64,000 bases of DNA, from the NCBI RefSeq assembly GCF_009914755.1, contig NC_060927.1; one strand, given 5' to 3'. Each line of letters starts with the position of its first letter. The first letter of the stretch is position 1. Source of the stretch: the human T2T-CHM13v2.0 reference genome, Homo sapiens. Under the pieces are notes generated by a model, which did no database searches, was not told the DNA's origin, and saw only the letters and a program-made list of their open reading frames with translations. Positions 38,925-53,009 of this stretch are shown here, piece by piece. A program made the position numbers and the translations under genes.

Positions 38925-41619
38925 GTGAGTTCCGTGGAGGTCAAACTAATTCATATCCAAAGAGTGTCATAGAAAAAGTTATTTAAGGGAAAGAAGTAAG
39001 CTTATCAGGCAAATTATATAAAACTTTCTCAAACTACTGGCACACATTTTTCACATGAAAGGTAGAGTGGAGTTGTTTGCTTTTAATAATTATAAGCACT
39101 CAAAAGCTATACAAAGTGAAGTTCCATAGTTCCCTAATTCTAATTTTTCTTAATTTTTTTTCAGAATCCCCAGAATTCAAATTCTACAGATTTAAATTTG
39201 GAAATTTTTCCAGTCATCACAGACTTTCCAAGACAAAACAGCAGGGAAAAAAATAAACAATCTAGAGACCAACACCCCTGAATTCCATCTCCATGTCTGA
39301 GCTCTCTCTCCAAAGATCAATGTCCCTTTTAATCAAGTCAGCCAACTTTCATTCTTGTTGTCTTGCTGGGCATTTATTAATAGTGAGAGGTAGTGAATGA
39401 CTTTACAACTTCCCTTATTATCAGTGCTAGGAGAGTCCTTTATATAGCACAGAAAGGCTCAAGTATACCACTATTCTGCACTCAAATTTTGCTTTGCAAT
39501 TGGTTCACTACATAAATTTTTCTTTTTTATGAAAATTCTGCTGATAATATTCTGGTCATTTTGTAGCAGAATATGGGTCAAACCATGCATTTCAACCATC
39601 CAAATGGAATATAAGGAAAAACAAGGTGGAAATATAACAGAGAACATTTGTCTTAATCCTCAAAACAAGAAAGAAAAGTAAACTAGATAAATGTTTTAAA
39701 ATATGTATTACTGAAAATACTAAGAAACATTCTAGTTAGATTATCAAACACTCACTCAAATCAATAAGAAAAGCAAGATCTTTCTAAAATCCAAAATTCA
39801 ACATCTCTAGGAGGATATGTATATAAAGGGGCTACATACAAGATCCAATCTGGATGACAAAGGCTGAAGGATACAGAGTATTGTAAGTCTTTAAGAATCT
39901 TTACAGTGTATTTAAATTTTAGAGCTATAAAAACTTAGGAATATGATCTGTAACCATTTATCAGTTGGAAATAAAAATAAATATCACAATATTATACAAT
40001 TAGAATTTATACAGTTTGCATTCAGCTGAATGGTACTTGGGTCTTAGGCCCCCACAGCCTCTTCAGATTGAAGAATAAAATGAACAGGGGAAGAGGTGGA
40101 GCAATAGGATATCAATAACAACAAGTTAAACAAATCATTACAGATTCTTGTGGGAAGTTCATGAGCCATTTTAACACGGATAGGGAGAGATTGCTATACC
40201 AACAATTACGGTTAATTACCAGACAGTGCTTCCCTGGGAATCAACAACATTTCACACTACAGCCTCCCAAGAATGGCTATTTTGACTCATCTGACACCTA
40301 CAGTTTTATGTATATGAAATAGATACATGTTAGCAGTAAGATGTGAAAAATAAATTTGGGGCTACCTAATAAATGTGGATTAAAATTTTTGCTTTACAGA
40401 CATACTAATCTTTTAAATGTGTGAGTAACAAGGCTCCTTTCCCTCTCTGTCAGATTTTTAAAGGTGGTTGGAGACCTGAACTAGGTATCAAAGCTCTGCT
40501 TATATGGAACCTCCACAAGGGTATCTATGGAAAAATTTGGGTGATTTTGGAATGCATTTTAAGTCCATGAATATGCATACCTCTGTTAGGTGTAGGACAC
40601 TCTTTGATATTAGTGCCCTGGAGGGTTAGTAATTGAACATGCATTATCTTTATTTATTTTTTGTTTTTCTGCTCCGTAGCTTTTTCCTTTTAGAATTTCT
40701 TCCACCTTTTGTTTTCTATTTTCCTTTTTGGGGAGCATCTAAACCCTTGTTCCAAAGGGTGACCTGAAATAACACTTCAGTACATTTGAGCAAGCACAAA
40801 GATTGTCCTCAGGCATTCCCCATGAGAAATTTCAATGCTATCTCATCTTTTCAAAGATATGATCAGATGAGACCCTGAACAGATTCTGAATCCAACTAAA
40901 GATCTAATTAAGTAACCCCAAGAAAATTTCCCATTCAGAGATTCTGTGCCTTTATGAACTTCCTCCTAATCATCTCTTGGAAGGTAAACAAAATCACCTT
41001 TTTCTGCATTTGCCAGCTAGCAACAATGTGTTTGACCTTGACTACAATAAAGAGTTCAGTATTGCCAGGACTGGAAAAATAATTGACAGTGCATAGCCTA
41101 TTGAAGCTGAAGGAGCAATGTGATTTCTGTCTGTGAGGGCAAGCACATTAAACATAAAGGCTAATCCGTGGACACACAGAGCCCCACTAATCCTTGCAAA
41201 CCATAAGCTGCTTTACAAATTTTATCATGAACTGGCAAAGCTTGTTTGCAACTCTAAAAATCACAGAATTACTGAAACATTTAGTTGGAGGACCCAGTAA
41301 GGTCATTCACTAGCAACATTCATTAACCTATCTCTAGTCAGCTTTCCTTAAATTCTCTAACAGAGAAGATTCTCTTAGTCTCGGATTTCTCAGGGAAAGA
41401 CACTTCATAACCTCTTTTGTATTTCCTTCCTATTTTAAAACATCTCAAAATATAGACATTGTTTATTATTAACTTCTACCTCTTTTTTAAAAAAATAAAT
41501 AAACCCTTAAAAATAAAACAAGGCAACAGTCCACTGGGTTAGAAGAAAAAAATAAATCCCTTAAAGAAAAGTAATTCTAAAAACTGTATTGAACCATATT
41601 CACCACTTTTTCCTAAACT

Positions 41620-41903
41620 CCTGTTTTAAACATTTGATGATATACTATGATGGAATTTATCCATACAGCATATAAAGCTGTTTATTTTTTGGTCTCTGCC
41701 TATTTTTACAGCTTTACCTACCACTACCCTACTTTTCTTCCACACCAGCTAATACCAGTTGTATTGATGGTACCTGAAGTTACCATCTTTATTTTCTCAA
41801 TCTTTGCAACGAACATTGTTCTTTAAGACATATTTTCTCCCTTGTGAAGCTTCCCTTACCTCACTTTAATCCTCTTTGTGTAAATTATTTTCAAACAGCA
41901 TTC

Positions 41904-41962
<59 letters not shown>

Positions 41963-42110
41963 GAACAGAACATATCACAATATATGATTACATCATACAT
42001 ATTTCTCTATATTAGGTGCACTCCTCTTCAAATTAGGAATTTGGTTTTATTTTCTTTTATATCATTAGAGGAAGGCAAGTCATTTGTCCTAAATAACATT
42101 GGATAAATTG
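41620..42110 (+). mobile_element. Diverged L2 fragment containing a microsatellite
   Basis: 'cagcatataaagctgtttattttttggtctctgcctatttttacagc'. Confidence 0.45.
41904..41962. repeat. (AT)n(GA)n compound microsatellite
   Basis: About 11 AT units then about 16 GA units, nearly uninterrupted. Confidence 0.97.
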
Positions 42111-42949
42111 TATACAAGTTGTGGAGCTTGTATTTATGAAGACAAAAAATGTACTGTTTTTCATTTGATGTGTTATAAACCTTTTTTCTAAGAATTTTGA
42201 AAATCATTCACATTTCCTTAGTGCATTTAGAATCACAGCTGATGCCATGATAAGAATCTTTCTAAAAGGTGAGAACAGAACACCATTAAAGAAATTCTGA
42301 GTTATCTTCTTTTTGATAGACAGAAAAACAGTTGGCAAAAAGACTAAAAATGAATAATTAACATTAAGTGATTAAAAGTAGTCCATAGTTAAAATTACAA
42401 TAATTAACTTTGACATGGCATGTAATACCTAGAGAAAATTATCTTACTATATATGTTGTATTAATTATAAATGTAAAATGTTACAAAAGGAGAAATTGCC
42501 TTTTTGTAAATCCTGAGCAATATTTTATCCTCTGTTCAGGATGAAAATATCCTGAACACCTGAATACATTTTATCCTATATGTATTTATCCTTTATATAT
42601 TAAATCTTATCTATATTTTATCCTATATTCAAAATGTGTAAGAATCAGAAGATGGCAAGGGAATGTCTCTTGCAAGCATCAATTTTAAAACATGGTTTAT
42701 ACCATAATCTTCTTATTAGATATCTAGGACTCCAGAGCCCAGTATTCTTTGATACATAAATTACTAAGAATGGCTTATTTAAATTTTTAGAAATTAAAAT
42801 TATCACAGAACTTCAAATTTAACACTGAGTTAATAAATATTTGATAATATTATTTTATACTTTTCCAGAGTTTCTATTTTTTTAACCAAAGACAAGGTCT
42901 TTTACTAAGATTTATCTAAAGCAACAACCAATCTAGGCAAATATTAGTA

Positions 42950-43055
42950 GATTCAGAGATAGAAAAACTGAAGCTCAGAGAGAGGTTTTGTAACTTATTC
43001 ACAGATCACGCTGATAGTTCATAATATTGTGCTTTGGAATTAGGTTTCCTAACAC
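42950..43055 (-). mobile_element. MIR fragment
   Basis: 'gatagaaaaactgaagctcagagagagg...taacttattcacagatcacgctgatagt'. Confidence 0.6.
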
Positions 43056-43148
43056 AGTGCCTCACACACATACCACCATGTATCATAGCTACGGCTGCAG
43101 CTGGGATACAAGGTTAGAGTTTAATTTCTAAACAAGAGAAATAACTCT

Positions 43149-46073
43149 GGACTTCTAGTTTCAGCTCTGACATACAAAATGTTTGGAAATCCTTTCTCCC
43201 ACCCTTATAACAAGAAATAGCTAGACAAACTAAAAATCAATGACATTTCTTGGACATATTAGAGAATTGAGGTCAAAGGGCATCACCACAAAATCTGAAG
43301 ACACAGGCACATCAAGAGAGATACAGCCAAGATTTATTTTTCTGGAGCAAAAGCCAATGGCCCATGAACTTCTAGTAGTGGTTAAATGATAACTTTTATG
43401 AATTCCTGGAGGCTGAATGCAGACTAATTTGAGAGAGAGAAACTCTTGGTGGCCATAATATTAGTGAAGCCCCCATATTTACATGGGTTTTACCTCTAGG
43501 AACCCTACAAGATTCTCAAAATGAGCCAAGAAAAATCCACTGACAGGTCTGGACAGGCAAGAGGGAAACTAACCATTTTGAAGTATTTATAAAGTGTTCT
43601 TCATAGTGAAGACTAGCTCTCCAGTAGAAAAGACTTTACTGGGGTGCTAAATGACCTAAGGTAGGGTCACCTCCAGCCCCCTTTGCCTTTCTGTCTCATC
43701 TAAAGGAGGGGAAAAAAAAGCCAAGAAACACTTGTGAAGATTATAGTTCGGAGACAAAGACTCTCCAAAAGGCTGAGATTTAATCAAAAGATTATAGAAT
43801 GTTTTCACTCCCTTATTATTTAACAATACATCAACAGGTTTCCAATATAATAATAGTGGATTATGACTGAAAGAGCTTCAAGACACAGACTCCATTTAGG
43901 AAAGAGCTTTTAGGGAACCCCCACAAACCCCCGAAAAGGACAGACAAAACAAGAACAGTAGGGAAAATGGAAACTTTTGGCACGTACTGCTACAGCAAAC
44001 ATTAAACACGGGCCAGCTCCTAGCCAGGTAAACATATAATCTCACACTGTAGAACTATTTACATCTTCTACTACATCATACATCATGCCTAACTTTTAAC
44101 AAAAAGTATAAACCATTCTATAAGAAGAAAAAAAGCACATTATCTGCAGAGATAAACCAAGTATCAGAACCATCTTCAAATATGGTATGGATATTGGATT
44201 TATCAGCTAGGTAATTTAAAATAATTATAATTAATAAGTGAAGGGTTCTAATAGAAAAAGTAAACAACACCCAAGAGGAGATGGGTAATGTAAGCAGAGA
44301 GGTGGAAATGTCAAAAAAAAAACCAAAAAATATAAATTTAAGGATTAACATAAATGAAGAATGTCTTTGATGAGCTCATCAGTAGACCAGAAACAACCAA
44401 GAAAAGGGTCAGTGAGACTGAAGATATGTCAATAAAAAATTTCCAAGTTGAAATGCAAAGAGAAAAATAAAGAAAGAAAAAAAGAAAACAAAAGAGAATA
44501 TCCAAGAATTGTGGGACAATTTCAAAAGGCATAAGACATACATAATTGGAATACCAGAAGGGTAAGACAGAGAATGGTGTGGAATAAATATGTGAAACAA
44601 TAATGACTGAGGATTTCCAAAATTAATGATAAACACCAAACCACAGATTCAGGAAGCTCAATGAGCAACAAGCAGGATAAATACAAAATATATATATATA
44701 TATAGATATACACTTAGGCATACGATATCATAATTGAGAAAAACAAAAACAAAGAGAAAATTCTTGAAAGAAGCAGAGTGAAATAAAAAGCCTTATTTAT
44801 AGAGGAAAAAAGGTACAAATTACAGTAGACTTCTTGTTGGAAACCATGTAAAAAAGAAGACACTGCAATGAAACATTTAAAGTGTTGATAGAAAAAAAAT
44901 CAAGAATTATACATATGATGAAATTGTCCTTCAAAAGTAAGGGAGATAAAGACTAAGAAAAACAAAAATTGTAGAAAATTGTTGCCCATAGACCTGCCTT
45001 GCAAGAAATGTTAAAGGAAGTTCTTCAGGGAGAAGGTTTCCCAATACTGACACAGCATTTAAACATAACAATTTTTCTACAAGAGGAAATGCTCAAAATG
45101 TAATTTTTAAATCTAATTGTGTTAATTTAGATTTTATTTTTCTGATTTTTAATTGGTCTAATAAATACATATTCAGAGTATGAAAATTAACAGTATATTG
45201 GATGTTTATGGCATTTGGATAAGTGAAATAAATGACAGCCATGTTATAAGGGAACATAGAAGGGAAGAATTGGGTAGCACATGGACTTTGTTAGAAGGTC
45301 CCTGTGCTACCCATGAAGGAATGTAGTGTTATTTGAAAGTGGATTAGCTGAAAATGTATATTTCAAAGCCAATAGCAACCATTAAAAGCTCTGTTAAGGC
45401 ATTATAATTGATATGCTAAAACAGGAGAGAAAATAGAACTTTGTAAAATGCTCAAAGTCACAACAGGCAAAAGAGGGGAAGATTTTAGTCACACACACAA
45501 AAAATGCAGAAAATAGAAAACCATTGTAATAAACATGGCAACTATCAATCCAACTAAACCAATAATGACTTTATATGTATATTGTCTAAATATACCAATT
45601 AAAAGAACGAGATCATCAGAGTGTATTAAGAAGCAGGCCCAACTATATATTGTCTACAAGAAACCCACCTTACATATAAAAACACAGATAGCTCAAAAGT
45701 AAATACATAACATATACCATGCTAACACTAATAAAAAGAAAGCTGGAATAGATATATTTATTTCAGACAAAGATGACCTCAGAGAAAGAAATATTCTCAG
45801 GGATAAAGCGGGGCATTGCATAGAGATAAATGTGTCAAATCTTGAAGAAGACATAACAACCCTTAATATGTATGTATCAACAACAGGGCATCATAATATG
45901 TGAGACAAAAACTAATTGAACTGCAAGGAGAAATAGACAAATCCACTGTTATAGGTGGAGACTTCAACACATCTCTACCAGTAATTGATTAATCCATCAT
46001 CAGGCCAATCTGCAAGGATATAATTGAAATGAACAACACTATTAATCAACTTTATCTAATTGATATTTATACA
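43149..46073 (+). mobile_element. L1MC-type 5' portion (5'UTR, dead ORF1, start of ORF2 endonuclease), 3'-truncated
   Basis: 5' 'gacttctagtttcagctctgacat'; ORF1-like 'ccacagattcaggaagctcaatgagc'; EN-like 'tgtctacaagaaacccac' and 'ggtggagacttcaacac'. Confidence 0.85.
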
Positions 46074-46156
46074 GAAAGAAGCCTCAGCAATCTCCAAGGA
46101 GGTATGAAGTTGGATCACCTCTGTCCATTTCACTTTGCTGATATGAGGATATATTG

Positions 46157-46201
46157 AGAGAGAGAGAGTGCATGTGTGTGTGCATATGTGTGTGTGTGTG
46201 T
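46157..46201. repeat. (GA)n(TG)n microsatellite
   Basis: Direct inspection. Confidence 0.85.
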
Positions 46202-46314
46202 CCAGACCAACACCAGGCATAATACTACAACAAGGTATGACTTGAGTGTATATTTATTTAATCTGAATCTTTAATATATTCACCTTTACTTATTGTTAAA
46301 AAAGGTACTCTTTT

Positions 46315-46696
<382 letters not shown>

Positions 46697-47367
46697 TTAC
46701 CCAGACTAGTGGCACAGGTTATGCACACTGAACCCTCAGCTCGGCTGCTCTCTAGTTTTAGATTGACCTCTCCATTTGTTTTACCATGGGCCTTGCCATG
46801 ACTCAGTAGATGTGTATAGTTCCAAGTACTCTCCTGTTCATTAAATTAATGCCTTCAAAGCTTTACTGTTATATTTAAAATACTTAATATTTCACTACAA
46901 TTAAAATTTAAAAAAAATTTTAATGAAAAAACTGAGTGCTACTTTGTACAGAAACTGTGTGGCCCATAACTAAAGACCACATTGGCCCACATTGAATTAG
47001 AACTATATGGACCACTGGAAATAAGGACTAATCAGACACTCCAGCAAACTTTTCAGTGTCTTCCTACAATGCATTCCATCCAAAAGTACATGAGCAAGTT
47101 TCTGAATTTTTTGACATTTCCAACAGCAAGAGAAAATCCAGGCAATGCAATTTTTAGTCCAAATATAAAATATTCAGTACATTGTCAAATTTTATTACAA
47201 TCACAGGGAACATGAGATAAAATCTGATCTATTAAGAGAAACCTGGAAAATACTGTCATACACTTGTGACCTATAACTGACCTCCTGCTAGTAGTGAAGA
47301 GAAGGGAATGAATAAACTAAATTAACTAGCTGGTATTAAAAGGAGGAAAGTATTGCCTTTAATTTTT

Positions 47368-47440
47368 TTTTCTTAACCAGTAAATAAAGCACGATAATTA
47401 TGTTTTCTCAACCAGCAAATAAAGCATGATAATTACGTTT
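47368..47440. repeat. 35-bp tandem duplication
   Basis: aaccagtaaataaagcacgataattatgttt / aaccagcaaataaagcatgataattacgttt. Confidence 0.9.
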
Positions 47441-47894
47441 ATGGTCACAGTGCCTGGCACACAATATGCTCTCAACAGATATTAACTGTCTCATCTTTTT
47501 CCACCCAGGAACCCAAGGCCAAAGGTTACAACCCATGTGTTATATAAACTCTGAATGTAATAAAATTTGACTGTCATCTGCTGCCTGCAGACATATCTGC
47601 CTTAATAAGAGCTATTCCTGTTATATTTGCATTATCAATACACATCTTTTCCTCCTTCAGCTTCATTCAGCAGGCTCTGTGACCACTCTGATACAAATTC
47701 TACCCCAGTGGCAGCTAGAACACTCCTGGTATCCCAGAAGGAACAGAAACAAGAGTTTGCTCTGCCTCTCGATCTGTACTCTGGGCTTGGAAGCAGCAGC
47801 TATCTTAATAAGTCTGCCCAGTCTTGCTTCTCATTAAGGAATATTTAACACTCTCCAAATATTAATAAGGATCTTCTTACAAATGTGATCTTAC

Positions 47895-47956
47895 TTGGGA
47901 GCAAAGCCTTATGGCTTTCTTTTTATAAACCAGACTAAAAACACAGCATAATCCTT
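47895..47956 (-). other. Candidate 62-nt minus-strand exon
   Basis: Minus strand: ctgattctttgtttttctccttccttattaacag|aaggat...ctcccaa|gtaaga. Confidence 0.35.
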
Positions 47957-48503
47957 CTGTTAATAAGGAAGGAGAAAAACAAAGAATCAGTTCTTTGCTT
48001 GTGGCAAGGAATATGTTGTTAGACCTCCATGCATCTGTGGACTCTGTAAAAAGAAAACTCTTACTAATAATTTCTGAACCTAAAGTTAACTGTGACTCCC
48101 AATGAAGCTTCTTCCCATAAACTAGAATCCTTTTAATCCTGAAGCTGTGTATTTCCAAATTAAAAAAAAAATCACCTGAGTCTTTCTTTAAATGTGTTTA
48201 ACAAAAAGTTCTTTTTTGCCAATGTGTGTCAGGCACAAAGAGGATTCAATTCTTAACAAATACTCCCTAGTTGCCTAAACCACAAAACTATTGGCACAGT
48301 CGAATATATATTTACTTGATTCCTACGCTGTGCAAGCCTATGCTTGTTGTTTTAAGGAATATAGGAAATATTAAGTGTCTGTTCTCACAGTCCAGGCAAA
48401 TCTATACATAAACCTCAACTCCACCACTAACTAGCTGGGTTAGCTTTGATTTTCTTATTGGAGCATGTTCTAAAGATCATTTGACATGTTTTTTTCACCA
48501 TAG

Positions 48504-48608
48504 ATACGTCTTGTGCTGCTGGGAGAGCTTACACTATAGTCTGAACTTCTACAGAGCCTTTTCCTACTGTAAACCTCACTCAAAAATGACAGCCTTCCAT
48601 TTCACAAG
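48504..48608 (+). other. Candidate 105-nt plus-strand exon
   Basis: ttgacatgtttttttcaccatag|atacgtc...ttcacaag|gtaaat; one frame open. Confidence 0.3.
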
Positions 48609-48746
48609 GTAAATAGACCACAGCAGTATTCCCAAGTATGGAATATGCTAACTTCACCCAAAAGAGGCCTATAAGAGGTTGTGCTTCCTTCCTAGTGGTG
48701 GAACTTTTCAAACGGATTAATTTGTCCCTTACTTTGCCCTCAAAAC

Positions 48747-48967
48747 CAAGGGTCAACAAACTACTTGTCACAGGCCAAATTTAGCCCACTGCCTGTTTAT
48801 TGTGAGTAAAGTTGTATTTTCATACAGCCCATTCATTTGCAAATTGTGTATGGCTATATTTGTGCTTCAACGGCAAAGCTGAGTAGTTGTGATAGTGTCT
48901 GGCCTGCAAAGCCTTAAATCTTAACTATTTGGTCTGACCACTTGCAGAAACAGTTTGCCAACTGCTG
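48747..48967 (+). mobile_element. MER58A (hAT-Charlie)
   Basis: TIRs 'caagggtcaacaaac' / 'gtttgccaactgctg'; 8-bp TSD ctcaaaac/ctctgaac (6/8). Confidence 0.88.
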
Positions 48968-49471
48968 CTCTGAACCTCTGAACACTCAGTAGTTCCTCTC
49001 ATGTGGCAGATATCTGAATCTTTATAGGTTTTATGTCTTATCATCTGTTGTCCATGTATTTTTCCAGACCTCTAAACTTTTTGCCAAATCTTGCTCATCT
49101 ATTCTGATTAAATAAGTTTATAAAGTGGCATGGGCACCCTATGATTTTTAACTTCTTAATGATTAATCACATTTAGCCTTCCATTATCTTTCTCCAATGC
49201 ATCAATAGCTCCCAGCAACAGCCAACCAATCCCATAATCCTTTTATTGACTACTTCCCTGTACCTCTCAATTACCTGATATATTGTACCGGAAGAGCTTT
49301 TTCATCCAATAATATACTTCCGCAGTCCTCTATCACTGAAACATTAGACAACTGTACTGCTATATCTTGCCAGGGTTATCATTCCTCCTCCTACCAACTT
49401 GTAGGTGATGCAACTCTCAAATTCCACTTTAGTATCTGTCTTTGTACTACCCCTGGTACCCTAATATCAAC

Positions 49472-49877
49472 TGTCATTGGTTGGGTTCCTTAGAAAAGGA
49501 GATGAATTTACATGCAGCAGAACTTTTGAGGGTGTGTGCTAAAGATCAACTCCCAGAAGTGAGGAAAGCTGAACTGAGCATAGGGAGGAATTGAACTGTG
49601 ATAAAGTTGTAACAGAGAACTCAGATGATCCCATGGAATGCTCTGGAGCTGAGCCAGCCCAGAGTAAGTCTGGAGGGCCAAGTCATTGTACTCCCACAGC
49701 AAGCAGTTTTTAACAGGTTGCAACAAGGGGTGGGGTATTATCTTCAGTGAGGCAGCTCTCTTCAGTCCAGAGCAAATCGTAGAAAGAGTTATTGTATTTG
49801 TGAGCTGTTAGTAGACAATAGTTTCAGCCTGACCCCTGAAGTGGGTCTAGACAGCACAACACACTATCCATTCCACG
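49472..49877 (-). mobile_element. LTR16-type ERVL LTR
   Basis: 'ggttgggttccttagaa...tgaactgtga...gatcccatggaatgctctggagctg...gaggcagctctcttcag'. Confidence 0.75.
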
Positions 49878-50024
49878 GATGTAACGAGCAAAAAAAAAAT
49901 CCTAGAAGGGTACTTTAATTCCAATAGTGAGATGGTTGGAATAACAAGCCAATAATAACCAAAGCTAATAGTCAAACGCTCTTGGAATGAGTTCTTGGAA
50001 TCGAAGACAGCTTTACATGCCGCA

Positions 50025-50768
50025 TCAGATGTGTATTGCTGATGGGAATGTCAAACAGTATAGCCACTCTGGAAAATAGTTTGGCAGGTTCTTAAAAACT
50101 AAACAAGCACTTGTCATATGGCCTGGCGATTGCATTCTTAGTCATTTAACCTGAAGAAATGAAAATTGATATTCACACAAAAACCTGTACAAAAAAGTGC
50201 ATTACAGCCCAACACTAAACCCAGATGTCCTCCAATGGATGAACGGTTAAACAAAGTGTGATACATCCACACTATAGAATATTACTCAGCAATAAAAAGG
50301 GAAACAAAAAAACAAAGAACTATTGGCACATAGAACAACCTGGATGGGTCTTTATGATGAATGGGAAAAAAGTCTCAAGAGATTACACACACTGTAGGGT
50401 TCTAGTCATATAGTATTATTGAAATGACATTACAGAAATGGAGAATAGGTTAGTAGTTGCCAGGCTCAGGAGTGGTAGGAAGAATTGAATTGGCTGCAGC
50501 TATAAAAGAGTAGCATAAGGGATCCTCCTGATGGAAGTATTCTGTTTTTTGACTGTGGTAATACATGCAAGCACATAATTAAACTAGTGATATCTGAATA
50601 AGATGAATGGATTCTATGAGAATTCTCCGGTTATGATATTGTACTATAGTAATATAAGATATCAACATCGGTGGAAACTAGTTAAAGGGTATACAGGTGC
50701 TCCCTATATTATTTATTACAACTACATATAAATCTACAATTATATCAAAATAGAAAGTTTACAAAAAT
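50025..50768 (+). mobile_element. L1MC1/2-type 3' end
   Basis: 'tagccactctggaaaatagtttggcag...gatattgtactatagt...ggtggaaactagttaaagggtatacag...aatctacaattatatcaaaatagaaagttt'. Confidence 0.85.
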
Positions 50769-52169
50769 ATTTTGTGATGTGTTTTACATTCTGTAAAATA
50801 CCCAAATAGAAGTTTTAATTAAATCATAGTTGGCAACAATTTGCAGGTATTTCTATTGTTTTTGTTGGTGGTAATATTTGCTCATATGAACCTAAGCACT
50901 ATGAGGCCAGGCATTTACTCACCAGATCTGGTCTGGGGTTACATATGGGACTGAAAACTCACATATCATCTGGTTAGAGTAGCAAAAAGCAAGAAGACCT
51001 GGACAGTCTTCTCCATGCACAGGCCAAGCAGAGATGCACGGAGCAGCAGGAGGGATTAGAGTCTTGCATCCTAGGTTGACTTATCTATTTACCATTTTAT
51101 TGCTTGAAATACAAAACCTGTTAAAATTCATGTGACTGGGCATAAGTTTAACTCTCAAGTTAGACATGTTACTTTAGAAACACAGATGGAGCACCTTCAA
51201 GAGAACGGCGGATGATTTCAGCCAATATTTAATTGAATTAGAATATTGGAAGGAGCTCATACTATTTTGTTTATCCTACAAAAGGAAAGTCTTTAAAAGA
51301 AAGGTGGTAGGATTTTTTTTAATGTTATCACGATTCAGAATTACACCTCTAGGAGCAAATTACAAGAGGAGTATTTCAACTCAATATAAGAAGAACATTT
51401 TAAGTTATCATTACCCAATAATAGAATACACTGCATCAGAACATCGTAGGCATCCTCATCCCCAGAGAGATTCAAGAAGAAATGGTGGCTGAAAGAGAAG
51501 CAGAATGAAGGTTATATGCAATATCTTCTGAATTTCTTTTGAGACTTCAGAATCTATAAATAGATTTTTTACATAATTTATTTTATATATAGGATAATTG
51601 AAGGAAGGAATGATTTTCAATGAAAAGGCCTTATTTAAAATTCTTACAATAGCCAGAAAATAATTTTGGCACCAATTTCAATTGGTGGCACTACCCCTAA
51701 TGCCCAAGAAGATAGAGAACTTCTTTTGCTGTGATGTAATTCTTTTCTTCCTCAAAACTGGGACAATAATCAGTTGTACTTGATTTCATAATTTTTTGTG
51801 TGTTGAATAAAATTTTATTTAAAAATAATAAAAAGAATAATTTATATTTTATTATCCCTTGGATTTAAAATAACAACTACAATATTGTTATATTTTCTAC
51901 TCTTTTGCTTAAAAATTTAATAGCACCTTCATTTAATACATTAGTATATAATCTCATCATTGTTATTTAAATTGTCATATTATTTCCTGCTGTCATCTCT
52001 TTAAGAAGAGAGATGGTTTACCCTATAATATTTTGGGGTAAATAACCCTGTTTGGAATGGTAGAGTAAATTTACATGTGGTTGGTGAAAATAGTATTCCA
52101 ATTATTATAAATCCCTGGTAGAAATATGGCATAGGAGAGAAGTTTACAGGGTAATATTATGGTATGTAT

Positions 52170-52326
52170 TTTTATCTATTTTATTTTATTTTATTTACTT
52201 TTATTTTTTGTAGAATCAGAGTCTTGCTATGTTGCCCACGTGGTATCAACTCCTGGCCTCAAGTGATCTTCCTGCCTCAGCTTACCAAAGTGTTGGGATT
52301 ACAGATGTGAGCCACAGTGCCCAGTC
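52170..52326 (-). mobile_element. FLAM_C / free left Alu monomer
   Basis: 'gagtcttgctatgttgccca...tcctggcctcaagtgatcttcctgcctcagc' with (TTTTA)n tail. Confidence 0.88.
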
Positions 52327-52578
52327 TGTGTGTGTTTTTATAATTGGAAGTACATGACATCTTTTACACAATATGCAAATGCATATTGAGGAAGGAGGGA
52401 GAGCAAATATGTCTAAAAGTAATCACAATAAGTCTTGACCCATTAACTGTACAGATCAAAATCCACACCAATTTTAGATTCAGAGAACACTATGTCTTTT
52501 TAAAAATCTATTTAGAAACTACTTACAGTATTTTTTAGAAAATGCACAGGAACCCCTGTTAAGAAATAAAATATTCCT

Positions 52579-52752
52579 TGCAATAGTTTGCTGAGAATGA
52601 TGGTTTCCAGCTTGATCCATGTCCCTATACCTAATGTTAAATGATGAGTTACTGGGTGCAGCACACCAATATGGCACATGTATACATATGTAACTAACCT
52701 GCACGTTGTGCACGTGTACCCTAAAACTTAAAGTATAATAAAATAAATAAAT
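52579..52752 (+). mobile_element. Tiny L1PA3/4-like insertion with 5' inversion
   Basis: Antisense 52579-52627 then sense 3' terminus and tail; exact 15-bp TSD aaataaaatattcct (52564-52578, 52753-52767). Confidence 0.95.
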
Positions 52753-53009
52753 AAATAAAATATTCCTAACAGAGTTGAAGGCCACGCACAACCTTGTCAT
52801 TTCACATGCCTATTTCACTGTCCTTCCCAATCAGAATAATCATTATGAACTTGGTGTTTATAATACCCATACATTTTATACCATTTCTTTCCAAGCACTT
52901 TTAGGAACATTTAGAAACTTTTAGTTACATTTAAGAAATGCGCACTGAAACAAATATAGTTCTATGATGTATTTACTGTTCAACAACAAGAGACACCAAT
53001 TGTACACTG

